64,000 nt of DNA from Gammaproteobacteria bacterium (GCA_029883105.1 JAOUJT010000001.1:3035-67034); one strand, 5' to 3'. Positions 53,820 to 63,345 are shown, counted from the first letter of the stretch. Numbers and translations are program-made. The notes: generated from the letters alone by a model not told the origin.

Positions 53820-54454
53820 TGATAGATTCATTTTCATTACCCACGAGGGCAGCAGAAGTAAATAGATGGGCAGGAAAGCATCTCATAGGGCGTCGAATGA
53901 ATATTAGCGAACATAGTTTCGAGGTCGCCTTTTACTCACTTCTTCTCTATCAATTAGTGGAACAGCATCTGGAGGACGCTGTTTCCTGTAAGAGAGAAGC
54001 TGATAAGGCTCACTATATAGGAAATAGAGCTATGTTGAAAATTGTCCAGGCGATGCAGGGAGAGGTACTAGAATATGCGCTGGTGCATGACATCGCTGAG
54101 ATCGTCACAGGAGATATTCCTCATGATGTGAAAAAGTCATATCCTGAGTTTAAATCTCTCCTGAAACAAATTGAGGCAGATTTTATGCGCAAGCACTTGC
54201 CTGCGTTTATGAAAACGTATGATCCTCTGGTAGTATTCATTGTTAAGGCCGCTGATACATATGCGGCCTTTCGGGAGTACTTGCAAGAAGAAAAGTATGG
54301 AAATACACTACCGGATGTCTATGAAAATATTATAGAGGCCTTTGAGACTCTATTCGACACGGAACCGGATGTACCTCAGATATGCAAAAAATCTATCTGG
54401 GGAATTCTTCTTGAACTGGGTGCTCCTGTACCCTCTCAATTACAACTCGGATGA
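53819..54454 (+). CDS. HD-domain phosphohydrolase (YfbR-like 5'-deoxynucleotidase)
   Basis: ISEHSFEVAFYS (His) and ALVHDIAEIVTGDIPHDVKK (HD ... D) match the YfbR-type pattern. Confidence 0.7.
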   Translation: MIDSFSLPTRAAEVNRWAGKHLIGRRMNISEHSFEVAFYSLLLYQLVEQHLEDAVSCKREADKAHYIGNRAMLKIVQAMQGEVLEYALVHDIAEIVTGDIPHDVKKSYPEFKSLLKQIEADFMRKHLPAFMKTYDPLVVFIVKAADTYAAFREYLQEEKYGNTLPDVYENIIEAFETLFDTEPDVPQICKKSIWGILLELGAPVPSQLQLG

Positions 54455-54461
54455 GAAAACT

Positions 54462-55316
54462 ATGGCAGTTCGGTTAATAATAGATGGCGATGTTCAATGT
54501 CATTCTGCATGTCGATACTCAGACTGGATAAGTCTTGTAAAAAAGATTGAAGGCGAATTCAAAGAAGTTCGACAGTATGACAGTGAGGGTGCATTCATTC
54601 CTCCTAAGCACACACGCCCTGAAGAAAGAAAGTATATGGAGGATTCTTGGAAAAATTTCAAGAAGGATCTTGATGGTATCTTGAAGAAGTTTTTCACAAA
54701 CGACTTTAAAATGGCCGTAAAGGGTGAGGGTAATTTCAGAGATGATATGTATCCTGACTACAAACAAAACCGAAAGAATCAAGAAGCGGTATTAAAGGCT
54801 AAGGGTGAAACACGACGTAAGTATGTAAACGGTGTTCGCGACTTAGCAATAATGGAAGGACTTGCAGTACCTGCTGATGGGATGGAGGCAGATGACTACG
54901 TCAGAATATGGGCTGAAGAGGCTCGACAAGAAGGACAAGACTTCATTATCGTCACAATCGATAAGGATCTTAAATGCATCCCAGGACGACATTACAATCC
55001 TTCAAAGAAAGAACTCATTACAATGTCAGAAGCAGATTCACTCCGGTTCTTCTATCAACAATTACTCAGTGGAGACCCTACTGATAATATCCCAGGAATC
55101 CCAGGAATAGCTGAGAAGACTGCAACTAAGGAATTAATGCATTGTATGTCTGAAGAGGAGTTTCAGGAAAATGTTGTAGGAAATTATATCGCGGCGTATC
55201 AGGAAGAGTGGTATGCAGCATTGACGTTTAATGGTGCTCTTCTGTATATTTTAAAATCAGCCGATGACAAATTTACCATCGATCATTGGCCTATCGTCAA
55301 GGAGTTAACGAGTTAA
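54462..55316 (+). CDS. 5'-3' exonuclease / flap endonuclease (FEN, T5 D15 / T4 RNase H-like)
   Basis: LIIDGD, YKQNRK, GMEADDY, IVTIDKDL, GDPTDNIPGIPGI. ATG at 54462 after the HD gene stop. Confidence 0.85.
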   Translation: MAVRLIIDGDVQCHSACRYSDWISLVKKIEGEFKEVRQYDSEGAFIPPKHTRPEERKYMEDSWKNFKKDLDGILKKFFTNDFKMAVKGEGNFRDDMYPDYKQNRKNQEAVLKAKGETRRKYVNGVRDLAIMEGLAVPADGMEADDYVRIWAEEARQEGQDFIIVTIDKDLKCIPGRHYNPSKKELITMSEADSLRFFYQQLLSGDPTDNIPGIPGIAEKTATKELMHCMSEEEFQENVVGNYIAAYQEEWYAALTFNGALLYILKSADDKFTIDHWPIVKELTS

Positions 55317-55781
55317 ATGTCTGATATATCTGTTCCCGGTGTAAAGAAGAAAAGAGCTCTATACCATAACGGTCATTGGAAGTTTCCTAAGAAGATGGGA
55401 AACGGTGTTGGTTTTATCTATGTCATCCGAGACAACGCTTTGAAGCGATTCTATCTCGGTAAGAAACTATATATCTCAAATTCAGGCAAGAAACTGAATT
55501 GGAAGTACTACAAGTCGTCTTCAACGCTGCTTCACGATATGTTCGAGGCACGAGGCGAGAATGAGTTCGATTTCATCGTGCTCGACGAGTACAAAACAAG
55601 AAGCGGTCTTTCGTATGCAGAAACATGGTCTCTTTGTTTCGTAGATTCACCCCTCTCGAATACCTGGTTTAATACCCGCATCGAGAGAATTACATGGAAT
55701 GTCACGGAACCTGTGACGGATACACATAAGCGTAGACTACATAGGTCTATCGCACTTGAAAATAGTTTAGAGGAATACTGA
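55317..55781 (+). CDS. GIY-YIG-like nuclease (possible free-standing homing endonuclease)
   Basis: GFIYVIRDNALKRFYLGKK fits the GIY-x9/11-YIG pattern. 154 aa, inserted between the FEN and primase genes. Confidence 0.4.
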   Translation: MSDISVPGVKKKRALYHNGHWKFPKKMGNGVGFIYVIRDNALKRFYLGKKLYISNSGKKLNWKYYKSSSTLLHDMFEARGENEFDFIVLDEYKTRSGLSYAETWSLCFVDSPLSNTWFNTRIERITWNVTEPVTDTHKRRLHRSIALENSLEEY

Positions 55782-56023
55782 TGTTTCAATTTATTGTACA
55801 CAAGCTGCTAGCTCTCACAGCAGTTGTAATAATGTTCAGCCAAGGGTTTTCGGCTTTTCAGGCCGGTCTTGAAATAGGGTTCAGCGAAATAGATCGACTG
55901 GATTGGTTGTTTCTGGCTATCTCAGCGGTAATGATATCCGCTATGTCTGAGCCACCTAAAAAGGGAGGTGTTGAGGGTGAGCCACCTAAAAAGGGAGGTG
56001 TTGAGGGTAAGCCAAATGAGTAA
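55781..56023 (+). CDS. small membrane protein with duplicated EPPKKGGVEG C-terminus
   Basis: Two TM segments. The C-terminus is encoded by a perfect 2 x 30-nt tandem repeat. Overlaps the primase start by 8 nt. Confidence 0.5.
   Translation: MFQFIVHKLLALTAVVIMFSQGFSAFQAGLEIGFSEIDRLDWLFLAISAVMISAMSEPPKKGGVEGEPPKKGGVEGKPNE
55949..56008 (+). repeat. perfect tandem direct repeat, 2 x 30 nt
   Basis: GAGCCACCTAAAAAGGGAGGTGTTGAGGGT occurs twice back to back. Confidence 0.95.
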
Positions 56024-57707
56024 TATCGTCCTGAAGAACCAGCCGTGTGTAGATACCGAGGGCTGTGGATCGAGTGACGCCTTGCAAATCTATGAAGCAG
56101 GGGACGGCTTTTGTTTCTCCTGTAGTAAGAAGTTTAAGAAAGAAGAAATAGCGGGAGCCTCTACAGGGGTGGTGTTCAAAAAGAAACCTTCAAATCAAAT
56201 GATTAAATGGGACCCTGACGAGGAACTCGAAAAAGTAAAGGATTATCCCATCAGAGGTTTCGTGGAGCGAAATATCAATAAACCTATTACAACCTTCTAT
56301 GGAGTAAAGGTGTCGTATAACGGTGACGGTGATATAAATAAACATTACTATCCGTATGACGGAGGTCTTGCATACCACGTCAGAAAGGTATTACCTGACA
56401 AAGACTTCTTCTGGATAAAAGAGTCGAAAAGTCTCTTCGGTAAGGAGTTATTCAATCCCGGAGGAAAACGACTCGTAATCTGTGAAGGTGAAATTGACAC
56501 AATGGCTGTGGCAAAAGCATCTTATGAGAAATATGGAAAATTCTACCCTGTCATTGGTATTGCAGGATCTTCTATGACAGAAGCTCTTCTAGAAGCGCGC
56601 GATTGGATACGCTCGTTTCAGGAAGTTATTATATGTTTTGACGAGGATGAGCCTGGTCAAAAAGCTGTCTCAAAAGCCCTTAAAATCATAGGGCTTGATA
56701 AGGCAAAAATTACACGCCTTCCTGAGAATGATGCAGGCGCTGTATTGTTAGAACACGGTCACAAGGCCTTAATGCAATGTATTTTTGATGCAGCCTCTTT
56801 TGTACCGTCAGGATTTATTACCAAAGAAGCTCTTTGGGACTCTTTGGTTGAGTATAACTCAAAAGTTTCCACACCTTATCCCTTCTGTATTAATTCACTT
56901 AATGAGAAACTTAAAGGGCGTAGAGGAGGTGATATTGCATTATTTATTTCTGGAACAGGTTCAGGAAAGAGTACCCTGATCCGAGAGATAGGATTAGATA
57001 TAATTCAAAACTCAGATGAGAAGATAGGAATTGTAAATCTTGAAGAGTCTCCTCATGAGACTGCCCGAAAATTTGCAGGAATGGCTCTTATGAGAAATCC
57101 TGCTGATGAAGAGATTCCTATCGATGAGTTGAAGCCAGGCTTTGATGAAGTGTTTGGAGATGATAGATGCCTTGTATTAGATCATCAAGGCTCCATGAAT
57201 GATAGTTCAATCATTGATAAACTTGAATATATGGCACTGTCAGGGTACACCAGTATCTTTATTGACCATATCACAATTCTAGTCTCAGAAGGAGTTGAGA
57301 ATCTAACAGGCAACGAGGCTCAGGACAAAGTAATGAATGACCTATTGAGGCTTGTCAAGCGATATCCAGATGTTTGGATAGGTCTTGTAAGTCATCTAAG
57401 GAAAGTACCTGGTGGTACTGTGTCATTTGAAGAAGGCAAGATGCCTACAATGGATGATATTCGAGGCTCTGGCTCAATAAAGCAGGTATCAATGGATATT
57501 ATTGCTTTCGCCAGAAATATGGTAGCTGAGACCGTTGAGGAAAGAAATAGAATTGATATGAGAGTGCTCAAATGTCGCTTTACAGGGCTTACTGGTGATG
57601 TAGACCCTGCATTCTATGACTTCCCAACTGGAAGGCTTACAGCTGATGTTCCAGATATCCCCGAGAAAGAGGAAACATCAGAACAAACTGAGTTTACAAA
57701 GGTTTAA
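56016..57707 (+). CDS. bifunctional primase-helicase (T7 gp4-like)
   Basis: Zinc-binding CVDTEGCGSSDA...GFCFSCSKKF, TOPRIM VICEGEIDTMAV...CFDEDEPG, Walker A ISGTGSGKST, Walker B IFIDHI. Confidence 0.9.
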   Translation: MSNIVLKNQPCVDTEGCGSSDALQIYEAGDGFCFSCSKKFKKEEIAGASTGVVFKKKPSNQMIKWDPDEELEKVKDYPIRGFVERNINKPITTFYGVKVSYNGDGDINKHYYPYDGGLAYHVRKVLPDKDFFWIKESKSLFGKELFNPGGKRLVICEGEIDTMAVAKASYEKYGKFYPVIGIAGSSMTEALLEARDWIRSFQEVIICFDEDEPGQKAVSKALKIIGLDKAKITRLPENDAGAVLLEHGHKALMQCIFDAASFVPSGFITKEALWDSLVEYNSKVSTPYPFCINSLNEKLKGRRGGDIALFISGTGSGKSTLIREIGLDIIQNSDEKIGIVNLEESPHETARKFAGMALMRNPADEEIPIDELKPGFDEVFGDDRCLVLDHQGSMNDSSIIDKLEYMALSGYTSIFIDHITILVSEGVENLTGNEAQDKVMNDLLRLVKRYPDVWIGLVSHLRKVPGGTVSFEEGKMPTMDDIRGSGSIKQVSMDIIAFARNMVAETVEERNRIDMRVLKCRFTGLTGDVDPAFYDFPTGRLTADVPDIPEKEETSEQTEFTKV

Positions 57708-57712
57708 AATAA

Positions 57713-59686
57713 ATGATAACAGTTGAAGATCTACCCGAAATTGATACCCCTTGGAGCACTGTGGGGTACCTAACATTTAAGAGAACTTACGCTCGTAAGT
57801 TTGAAGACATATCAGAAGAAGAGGCCGATGAGTCCCTTCTTGACATGAACGCCCCTACAGAAGAATTCGAAGACACGGTCGTTCGCGTAATTAACGGATG
57901 CGATAAGCAATTCGGTTGCGGATTTACGCAAGAAGAAGAGATACGTCTTGCTACATATTTCTTGGAGTTAAAGGCAAGTGTAGCGGGTAGAATGTGGTGG
58001 CAGGCTGGTACAAAGACAGTCGATAAATATGGATTAGCATCGATGCAGAATTGTGCATTCACAGTAGTGGATCACCCTATAAGACCCTTTACATGGTGTA
58101 TGGATATGCTGGCAGTAGGGGCAGGTGTTGGGTATAATATTCAACAGAAACATGTAGATAAAATACCTGCAGTAAAGGAGTGGTTTGAAGCTCCTACACG
58201 ATTTGATGATGGCGGCGCTGACTTCATTGTCCCCGACTCACGTGAAGGCTGGGTAAGACTATTAGGGAAAACCCTGAAGGCGGCATTTCTGTCACACTCA
58301 GAAGAAAAAGGAACATTCACTTATTCAACGCAAGTAATACGTGGGAAGGGGACACCTATTAAAGGGTTCGGTGGTACAGCCAGTGGTCCTGAAGACCTTG
58401 TATGGGGAATTGGAGAAATTAGCAAAATCCTCAGTAAAAGAAAAGGAGCGCGTATACGGCCTATAGACGCTCTTGATATCATGAACATCATCGGCTACAT
58501 CATTGTGGCTGGGAATGTACGGAGATCAGCTCAAATTGCGATAGGTGACCCTGATGATGTTGAATTCCTCCTTGCAAAGAGGTGGGACCTAGATGACGTA
58601 ATGATTCCGAAATGGAGAAGTATGTCAAATAATAGTGTAGCTTGTAGCGATATTGACGATCTACACCCTTTCTTTTGGGAAGGCTATTCTGGCAATGGAG
58701 AGCCATATGGTCTGATCAATCTCCCATTGTCACGAGGTTGCGGTCGATTGGGTGAGACTCAGTATCCTGACCCCAAGGTTGAGGGCTACAACCCGTGTGC
58801 GGAGCAGTCGCTTGAGCCTTACGAGACATGTTGTCTTGCAGAGGTATTTCTTCCGAATGTAGAATCAAAGGAAGAATTGATGGATATTACAAAGTTGTTA
58901 TATCGTATCAATAAGCATTCACTGATGTTACCTTCGCACCATCCAGAAACCACGGAAGTTGTACATAGAAATCTACGGATGGGAATAGGGTTGACAGGTA
59001 TTATGCAAGCCCTACCTGAGCAGCTCGAATGGCTTGATGACGTCTATAGTGAGCTTCGACGATTCGATGAGTATTATTCAAAGAAAAACAATCTGTCAAA
59101 GTCTATAAAGTTGACAACAATAAAACCTAGCGGCACACTCTCGCTACTACCTGGAGTTACTCCCGGAGCACATCCAGGGTATGCTCGTTTTATGTACAGA
59201 CGTATCAGCATTGGTGCTGATAATTCACTCGTAAAGGTCTGTAAGGATCACGGATATCCTATTGAGTTTAAAAGGAACATGGATGGCACAGAAGACTACG
59301 GAACTGTCATCGTTACATTTCCTTTTAAGTTTCCTTCGCATGCAATACTTGCGGACGATGTTGACGTAATTCAGCAGTTAAAGACAGTTAAGCTGTTACA
59401 GACTGTATGGTCTGATAACAGTGTCTCCTGCTCAATATATTACAACAAGGATGACGTACCACGAATAAAGGAATATTTAAAAGAAAACTATAGAAACTGC
59501 CACAAAAGTCTCTCCTTTCTATTACAGAGAGGGCATGGTTTTGACCAGGCTCCTTACGAGGAAATCTCTGAGGAGACCTATAATAAACTTGCAGCAGAGA
59601 CCCAACCGATCTCTAATATTAGCTCCGTCGGGAGTTTGGATATCGGTGACGAAGAATGCGAAGGGGGTGCTTGTCCCATTCGTTGA
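57713..59686 (+). CDS. nrdJ: ribonucleotide reductase, class II (adenosylcobalamin-dependent)-like
   Basis: Active-site block YNPCAEQSLEPYETCCLAEVFL and C-terminal Cys pair CEGGAC. Single 657-aa chain; no beta-subunit gene seen in the window. Confidence 0.7.
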   Translation: MITVEDLPEIDTPWSTVGYLTFKRTYARKFEDISEEEADESLLDMNAPTEEFEDTVVRVINGCDKQFGCGFTQEEEIRLATYFLELKASVAGRMWWQAGTKTVDKYGLASMQNCAFTVVDHPIRPFTWCMDMLAVGAGVGYNIQQKHVDKIPAVKEWFEAPTRFDDGGADFIVPDSREGWVRLLGKTLKAAFLSHSEEKGTFTYSTQVIRGKGTPIKGFGGTASGPEDLVWGIGEISKILSKRKGARIRPIDALDIMNIIGYIIVAGNVRRSAQIAIGDPDDVEFLLAKRWDLDDVMIPKWRSMSNNSVACSDIDDLHPFFWEGYSGNGEPYGLINLPLSRGCGRLGETQYPDPKVEGYNPCAEQSLEPYETCCLAEVFLPNVESKEELMDITKLLYRINKHSLMLPSHHPETTEVVHRNLRMGIGLTGIMQALPEQLEWLDDVYSELRRFDEYYSKKNNLSKSIKLTTIKPSGTLSLLPGVTPGAHPGYARFMYRRISIGADNSLVKVCKDHGYPIEFKRNMDGTEDYGTVIVTFPFKFPSHAILADDVDVIQQLKTVKLLQTVWSDNSVSCSIYYNKDDVPRIKEYLKENYRNCHKSLSFLLQRGHGFDQAPYEEISEETYNKLAAETQPISNISSVGSLDIGDEECEGGACPIR

Positions 59687-59697
59687 TCCATAACAAG

Positions 59698-59728
59698 AGC
59701 CCCTCTCCATGGAGGGGCTTAAAATTTT
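59698..59728 (+). terminator. terminator candidate
   Basis: AGCCCCT-N8-AGGGGCT followed by TAAAATTTT. The U-tract is interrupted. Confidence 0.5.
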
Positions 59729-59743
59729 AAAGGGTAAGAATAG

Positions 59744-59986
59744 ATGGAAGACATCTTTATAGAAGAAGCATGGGAACTGTATTGTTACGAAATGGAAGGT
59801 ATTGAAGAGACTGTGAGTAAGTTTAGTGACCTAGCACCGAGAGTTCAAGGTTACTATTTATGGCGATCTATTATGGGAGGTGATATGAGCTATAATCAAT
59901 ATTCGCACACAGGCACTTTACCAAAATCACATCGTGACTTACCGAGTCCCAAAGTTGTTCTTCGAAAGAAAAAATCAAAAATCTAA
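59744..59986 (+). CDS. hypothetical protein
   Basis: 80-aa ORF. Confidence 0.5.
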   Translation: MEDIFIEEAWELYCYEMEGIEETVSKFSDLAPRVQGYYLWRSIMGGDMSYNQYSHTGTLPKSHRDLPSPKVVLRKKKSKI

Positions 59987-59999
59987 GGGTATAAATTAA

Positions 60000-60809
60000 A
60001 TGACAAACAATGTATTAATTGAAGGGCTAACCTGCTATAGATGTGAAAGTAAGAGCGTAAGTCTCTACTCAGACCGTTCTGGGTTCTGCTTCTCTTGCAC
60101 AAGCAAATTATATGGAGTACGTACGTCCATAACGACGGTTGTATGTTTACACTTCATAGAAACTGTGGCCGCCTTATCAACGAAAAAACTGCTCTCCGCT
60201 CGTTCTGTGAGGCATATGCCAGGAGGACGTCGCCTGTGGACTGTTTGCAATCGACTTGGTTTTATAAACTTCGGGAGGTGGACACAGGGAGAACCTACGA
60301 TGGAAATGGCTAAACATCTGCACTCTGAGTATCATGAGTATAAATCTACTGCCCCTATTATATCAAAGGTAGGCTCTCCTGAGCACGTACAGAAATGGAC
60401 AGAGAATGCTCTGAAATGGTTGGAGGAAGTATATATTCGTGCGCTTATGGATAAGGACGGGCAATACAAATGTAGTGACGTCTCAGGACTGTCAGGAGGT
60501 CCTTCCTTCAATGTCTGCGCAGCTCGTATAGGTCTTATCAATAAGGTGGGTGGAGAATTTTTCTGGCCAGACCTCCAGACTGAACCTACCGAAGAGGACG
60601 CTGAGCGGCTGGCAAGAGCGTATATCGCCTATCAACATAAACGTCCCGTTGCCGCTGAGAGGGTCACAGAAGAAGTGGCTCCCGTTGAGGTAGCAGAGCT
60701 TGAACGTTCTGTGTTTGAACCTAAGGATTATTCAGGTATAGGTGCTCTTGAAAAAGTTGACTTAATGCTCGAAAAATTAGACCGTATACTGTTTCACATA
60801 TACGAGTAA
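60000..60809 (+). CDS. hypothetical protein with primase-like zinc-ribbon N-terminus
   Basis: CYRCESKSVSLYSDRSGFCFSCTSKLYG parallels the primase zinc-binding domain C....GCGSSDA......DGFCFSCSKKF. Confidence 0.5.
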   Translation: MTNNVLIEGLTCYRCESKSVSLYSDRSGFCFSCTSKLYGVRTSITTVVCLHFIETVAALSTKKLLSARSVRHMPGGRRLWTVCNRLGFINFGRWTQGEPTMEMAKHLHSEYHEYKSTAPIISKVGSPEHVQKWTENALKWLEEVYIRALMDKDGQYKCSDVSGLSGGPSFNVCAARIGLINKVGGEFFWPDLQTEPTEEDAERLARAYIAYQHKRPVAAERVTEEVAPVEVAELERSVFEPKDYSGIGALEKVDLMLEKLDRILFHIYE

Positions 60810-60894
60810 TTCTCGGTCAATAATTAATAAAAACAGTTAGGATTAAGGGTATGGGGCACCCCTTTTAAGTGCCCCTAACATTAGGAGAAAAACT

Positions 60895-61284
60895 ATGGAG
60901 ATTGAAATATCCCCAAAGCAAGCCACCCTGTTCATGAAACTTGGGTATTCTATAAAATGTTTCGTTGACGTACCTTCGGCGGAGGAAGGGCAGAGACTTC
61001 TGGAACATAAAACTAAAAGAAAAGGAGGTAAAAGGATTCCACCTGATACTCTCATCATGTATTCATCTGATGGTGAAATTCCTACTGTGGGAATGATGGC
61101 GGAAATCTGGAAAAAGATTGAAAAGAAACTCTGGAAGAATGATGTCACAAAAGCATACACCAGAAAAGCTTTCGACACTGCATGGATGAAGGAAGTTATG
61201 GCCTTAGGCTATAAATTCGACCCTTCCACATTTTCCTATCTTCTGAACCGAAAGCGTTGTATTCGGATTGCTGAAGAGCGTTAG
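60895..61284 (+). CDS. hypothetical protein
   Basis: AGGAGA RBS; 129 aa. Confidence 0.55.
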   Translation: MEIEISPKQATLFMKLGYSIKCFVDVPSAEEGQRLLEHKTKRKGGKRIPPDTLIMYSSDGEIPTVGMMAEIWKKIEKKLWKNDVTKAYTRKAFDTAWMKEVMALGYKFDPSTFSYLLNRKRCIRIAEER

Positions 61285-61335
61285 AAAAACCAAAAGGGCG
61301 GCTTAAGGAGGTCGCCCTTCTATCGAGAAAATAAA

Positions 61336-61770
61336 ATGATCAATAGTATAGATGATTATCAGTCACGTATCCGGCAGTTAGGGATGGTTGACTATGAGCC
61401 AGAATTAGCGGCTCTCAAGGAAGAACTTGTGACAAAGGCGTGTCAGGAAATGGGCTATTTTGACCAGATGAACAATACAGTGCAATATACATTGTCAGGT
61501 ATAGCCATACATTACTGGGGCGAGTTCAGAGAGGAAGCATACGACAAGCTTCTTTCGTCTGTATACACTGTCCCTTCACACGATCTCGTGTTTGCATGTT
61601 CAATTTGTATTGAAAAAGAAATAGGTGAAGTTCTCCTACAAAACTACTATTCGGTCTCTTTCGACTTAGCACCTGATGACATAGCGACACTTGAAAGTCT
61701 CGGCAAGATCCATCGCGAAGTAGAGACACAACGAATTGAAAGAACAGGCATTATCTGTTCACTATATTAA
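61336..61770 (+). CDS. hypothetical protein
   Basis: 144-aa ORF. Confidence 0.5.
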   Translation: MINSIDDYQSRIRQLGMVDYEPELAALKEELVTKACQEMGYFDQMNNTVQYTLSGIAIHYWGEFREEAYDKLLSSVYTVPSHDLVFACSICIEKEIGEVLLQNYYSVSFDLAPDDIATLESLGKIHREVETQRIERTGIICSLY

Positions 61771-61773
61771 CCA

Positions 61774-63096
61774 ATGGATATTACAATGATCACGAGTTAC
61801 GAAGTATATCAGTTTTTAGAAATAATTAGCGGATCGGACTCAAAGAAAGTAAAAATAGCTTTCTTAGAAGAGTTCTTAGACAATTCTCTGTTCAAGATGG
61901 TCTGTCAATACGCCTATCAACCAGGTCGTACGTATGGTGTCTTGAGGGTCCCTCCTTGTCCTCCCGGTTCCCAACGTTTCACTCCTGAGACTTTCTACCT
62001 CCTGGATGATTTAGCAAATAGAAAAATCACTGGTAACGCAGCTTTGGAAGCAATTTCTGAAGAGTTAACCGGCATGGATGAGTTCTCTCAGATGCTATTT
62101 GAGCGAATTTTAAAGAAAGATCTACGGGCAGGTATCACCGCAAAGTCTATCAACAAGGCCTGGCCTGGAACAATTGACACATTCGATTACATGCGGTGCA
62201 GTACATTAAAGGAACGCCCATTGTCGACAATTGAATGGGAAGAGGGAGTATACAGCCAGGAAAAGCTGGATGGAATGTTCTTAAATTTAAATGTAAAGCC
62301 TTCAGGTGTCTCCGCTCACACACGTGTCGGAACTCCTTTCCCTGTTCAGTATTTCAAGGTAGGCTCAGTACCTGCTTCTCGGTCCCGCCTTAATGTCCAG
62401 TTACACGGTGAGGTGTTGGTCTATAAGGATGAAAAATTACTTGAGCGCCGGACTGGAAACGGTCTATTGAACAGTCTCTTACAAGGTAATACTATTCCTT
62501 ACGACTACAATCTTGTCTTCAAGGCCTGGGATATGATAGAGTTAGGCAGCGAGATTGGAGGTTTTGGACCCAGACCCTACAAGGAGAGATTTGAGATGCT
62601 GACGATGTTGCTGAATAACTTTCCAGGAAACGTCAAAGTAATTGACACACGAGTCGTTTTCAAAAGAGTAGATGCCGAACAACACTTTGAGGAAGTTATT
62701 ACGAGAGGTGGTGAGGGCACTGTTCTGAAAATAGCCTCAGGTTTTTGGAAAAATGGAACATCCCGTGATCAGATTAAGCTGAAGAGTGAAAGGGAATGCG
62801 AGCTGAAGGTCGTAAAACTTTTAGAAGGAAAAGGGAAATATGAACATTCACTAGGCTCCATTCTGGCTGCATCCTGTGACGGTCAGCTAGAGGTGAAAGT
62901 GTCAGGGTTTACGGATAAAGACCGAGACTATATTTGGAATAATGGAGTACCTTCTCAAATCATGACGGTTCGGTTCAATGAAGTCATAACCAATAAACAA
63001 GATCCTCAGAAACTCTCTCTATTCCTACCACGGTTTGTAGAGTTCCGAAGTGACAAGGTTAGGGCTGACACTGCAGAGTATATAGTATCACTATGA
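61774..63096 (+). CDS. ATP-dependent DNA ligase
   Basis: Adenylation motif I EKLDGMF, motif III LHGEVLV, motif IV EGTVLK, motif V IKLK. 440 aa. Confidence 0.85.
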   Translation: MDITMITSYEVYQFLEIISGSDSKKVKIAFLEEFLDNSLFKMVCQYAYQPGRTYGVLRVPPCPPGSQRFTPETFYLLDDLANRKITGNAALEAISEELTGMDEFSQMLFERILKKDLRAGITAKSINKAWPGTIDTFDYMRCSTLKERPLSTIEWEEGVYSQEKLDGMFLNLNVKPSGVSAHTRVGTPFPVQYFKVGSVPASRSRLNVQLHGEVLVYKDEKLLERRTGNGLLNSLLQGNTIPYDYNLVFKAWDMIELGSEIGGFGPRPYKERFEMLTMLLNNFPGNVKVIDTRVVFKRVDAEQHFEEVITRGGEGTVLKIASGFWKNGTSRDQIKLKSERECELKVVKLLEGKGKYEHSLGSILAASCDGQLEVKVSGFTDKDRDYIWNNGVPSQIMTVRFNEVITNKQDPQKLSLFLPRFVEFRSDKVRADTAEYIVSL

Positions 63097-63344
63097 ATAA
63101 AATGAACCCCCGACACCGTATGATTTTACATCTCATGAGTGCTTGTGCACTGAGTGGGGAACTTGATGGAGAGAAGGAACCTCCCATCTTCAAAAGTATC
63201 CGAGCCTTCTTGAACAAAGGGGATTTATCGGAGCTGATGAGACTAGAGGCTAGGAAACCTGTAGGTCAGGTCATAAAGAAAGAACCTGTTGCGATATCTA
63301 TACCGAAACCAAAATCAGCACTTAATATCAAAATAGGAGACTAA
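63093..63344 (+). CDS. hypothetical protein
   Basis: 83-aa ORF with ATGA overlap with the ligase gene. Confidence 0.5.
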   Translation: MNKMNPRHRMILHLMSACALSGELDGEKEPPIFKSIRAFLNKGDLSELMRLEARKPVGQVIKKEPVAISIPKPKSALNIKIGD

Positions 63345-63345
63345 A

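Noticed and set aside
61294-61319. Hairpin AAGGGCG-N12-CGCCCTT after the 60895-61284 gene, considered as a terminator.
   Set aside because: It has no downstream U-tract and a 12-nt loop containing AAGGAGG. It may be a structured leader or SD-containing element rather than a terminator, and there is too little evidence to call it.
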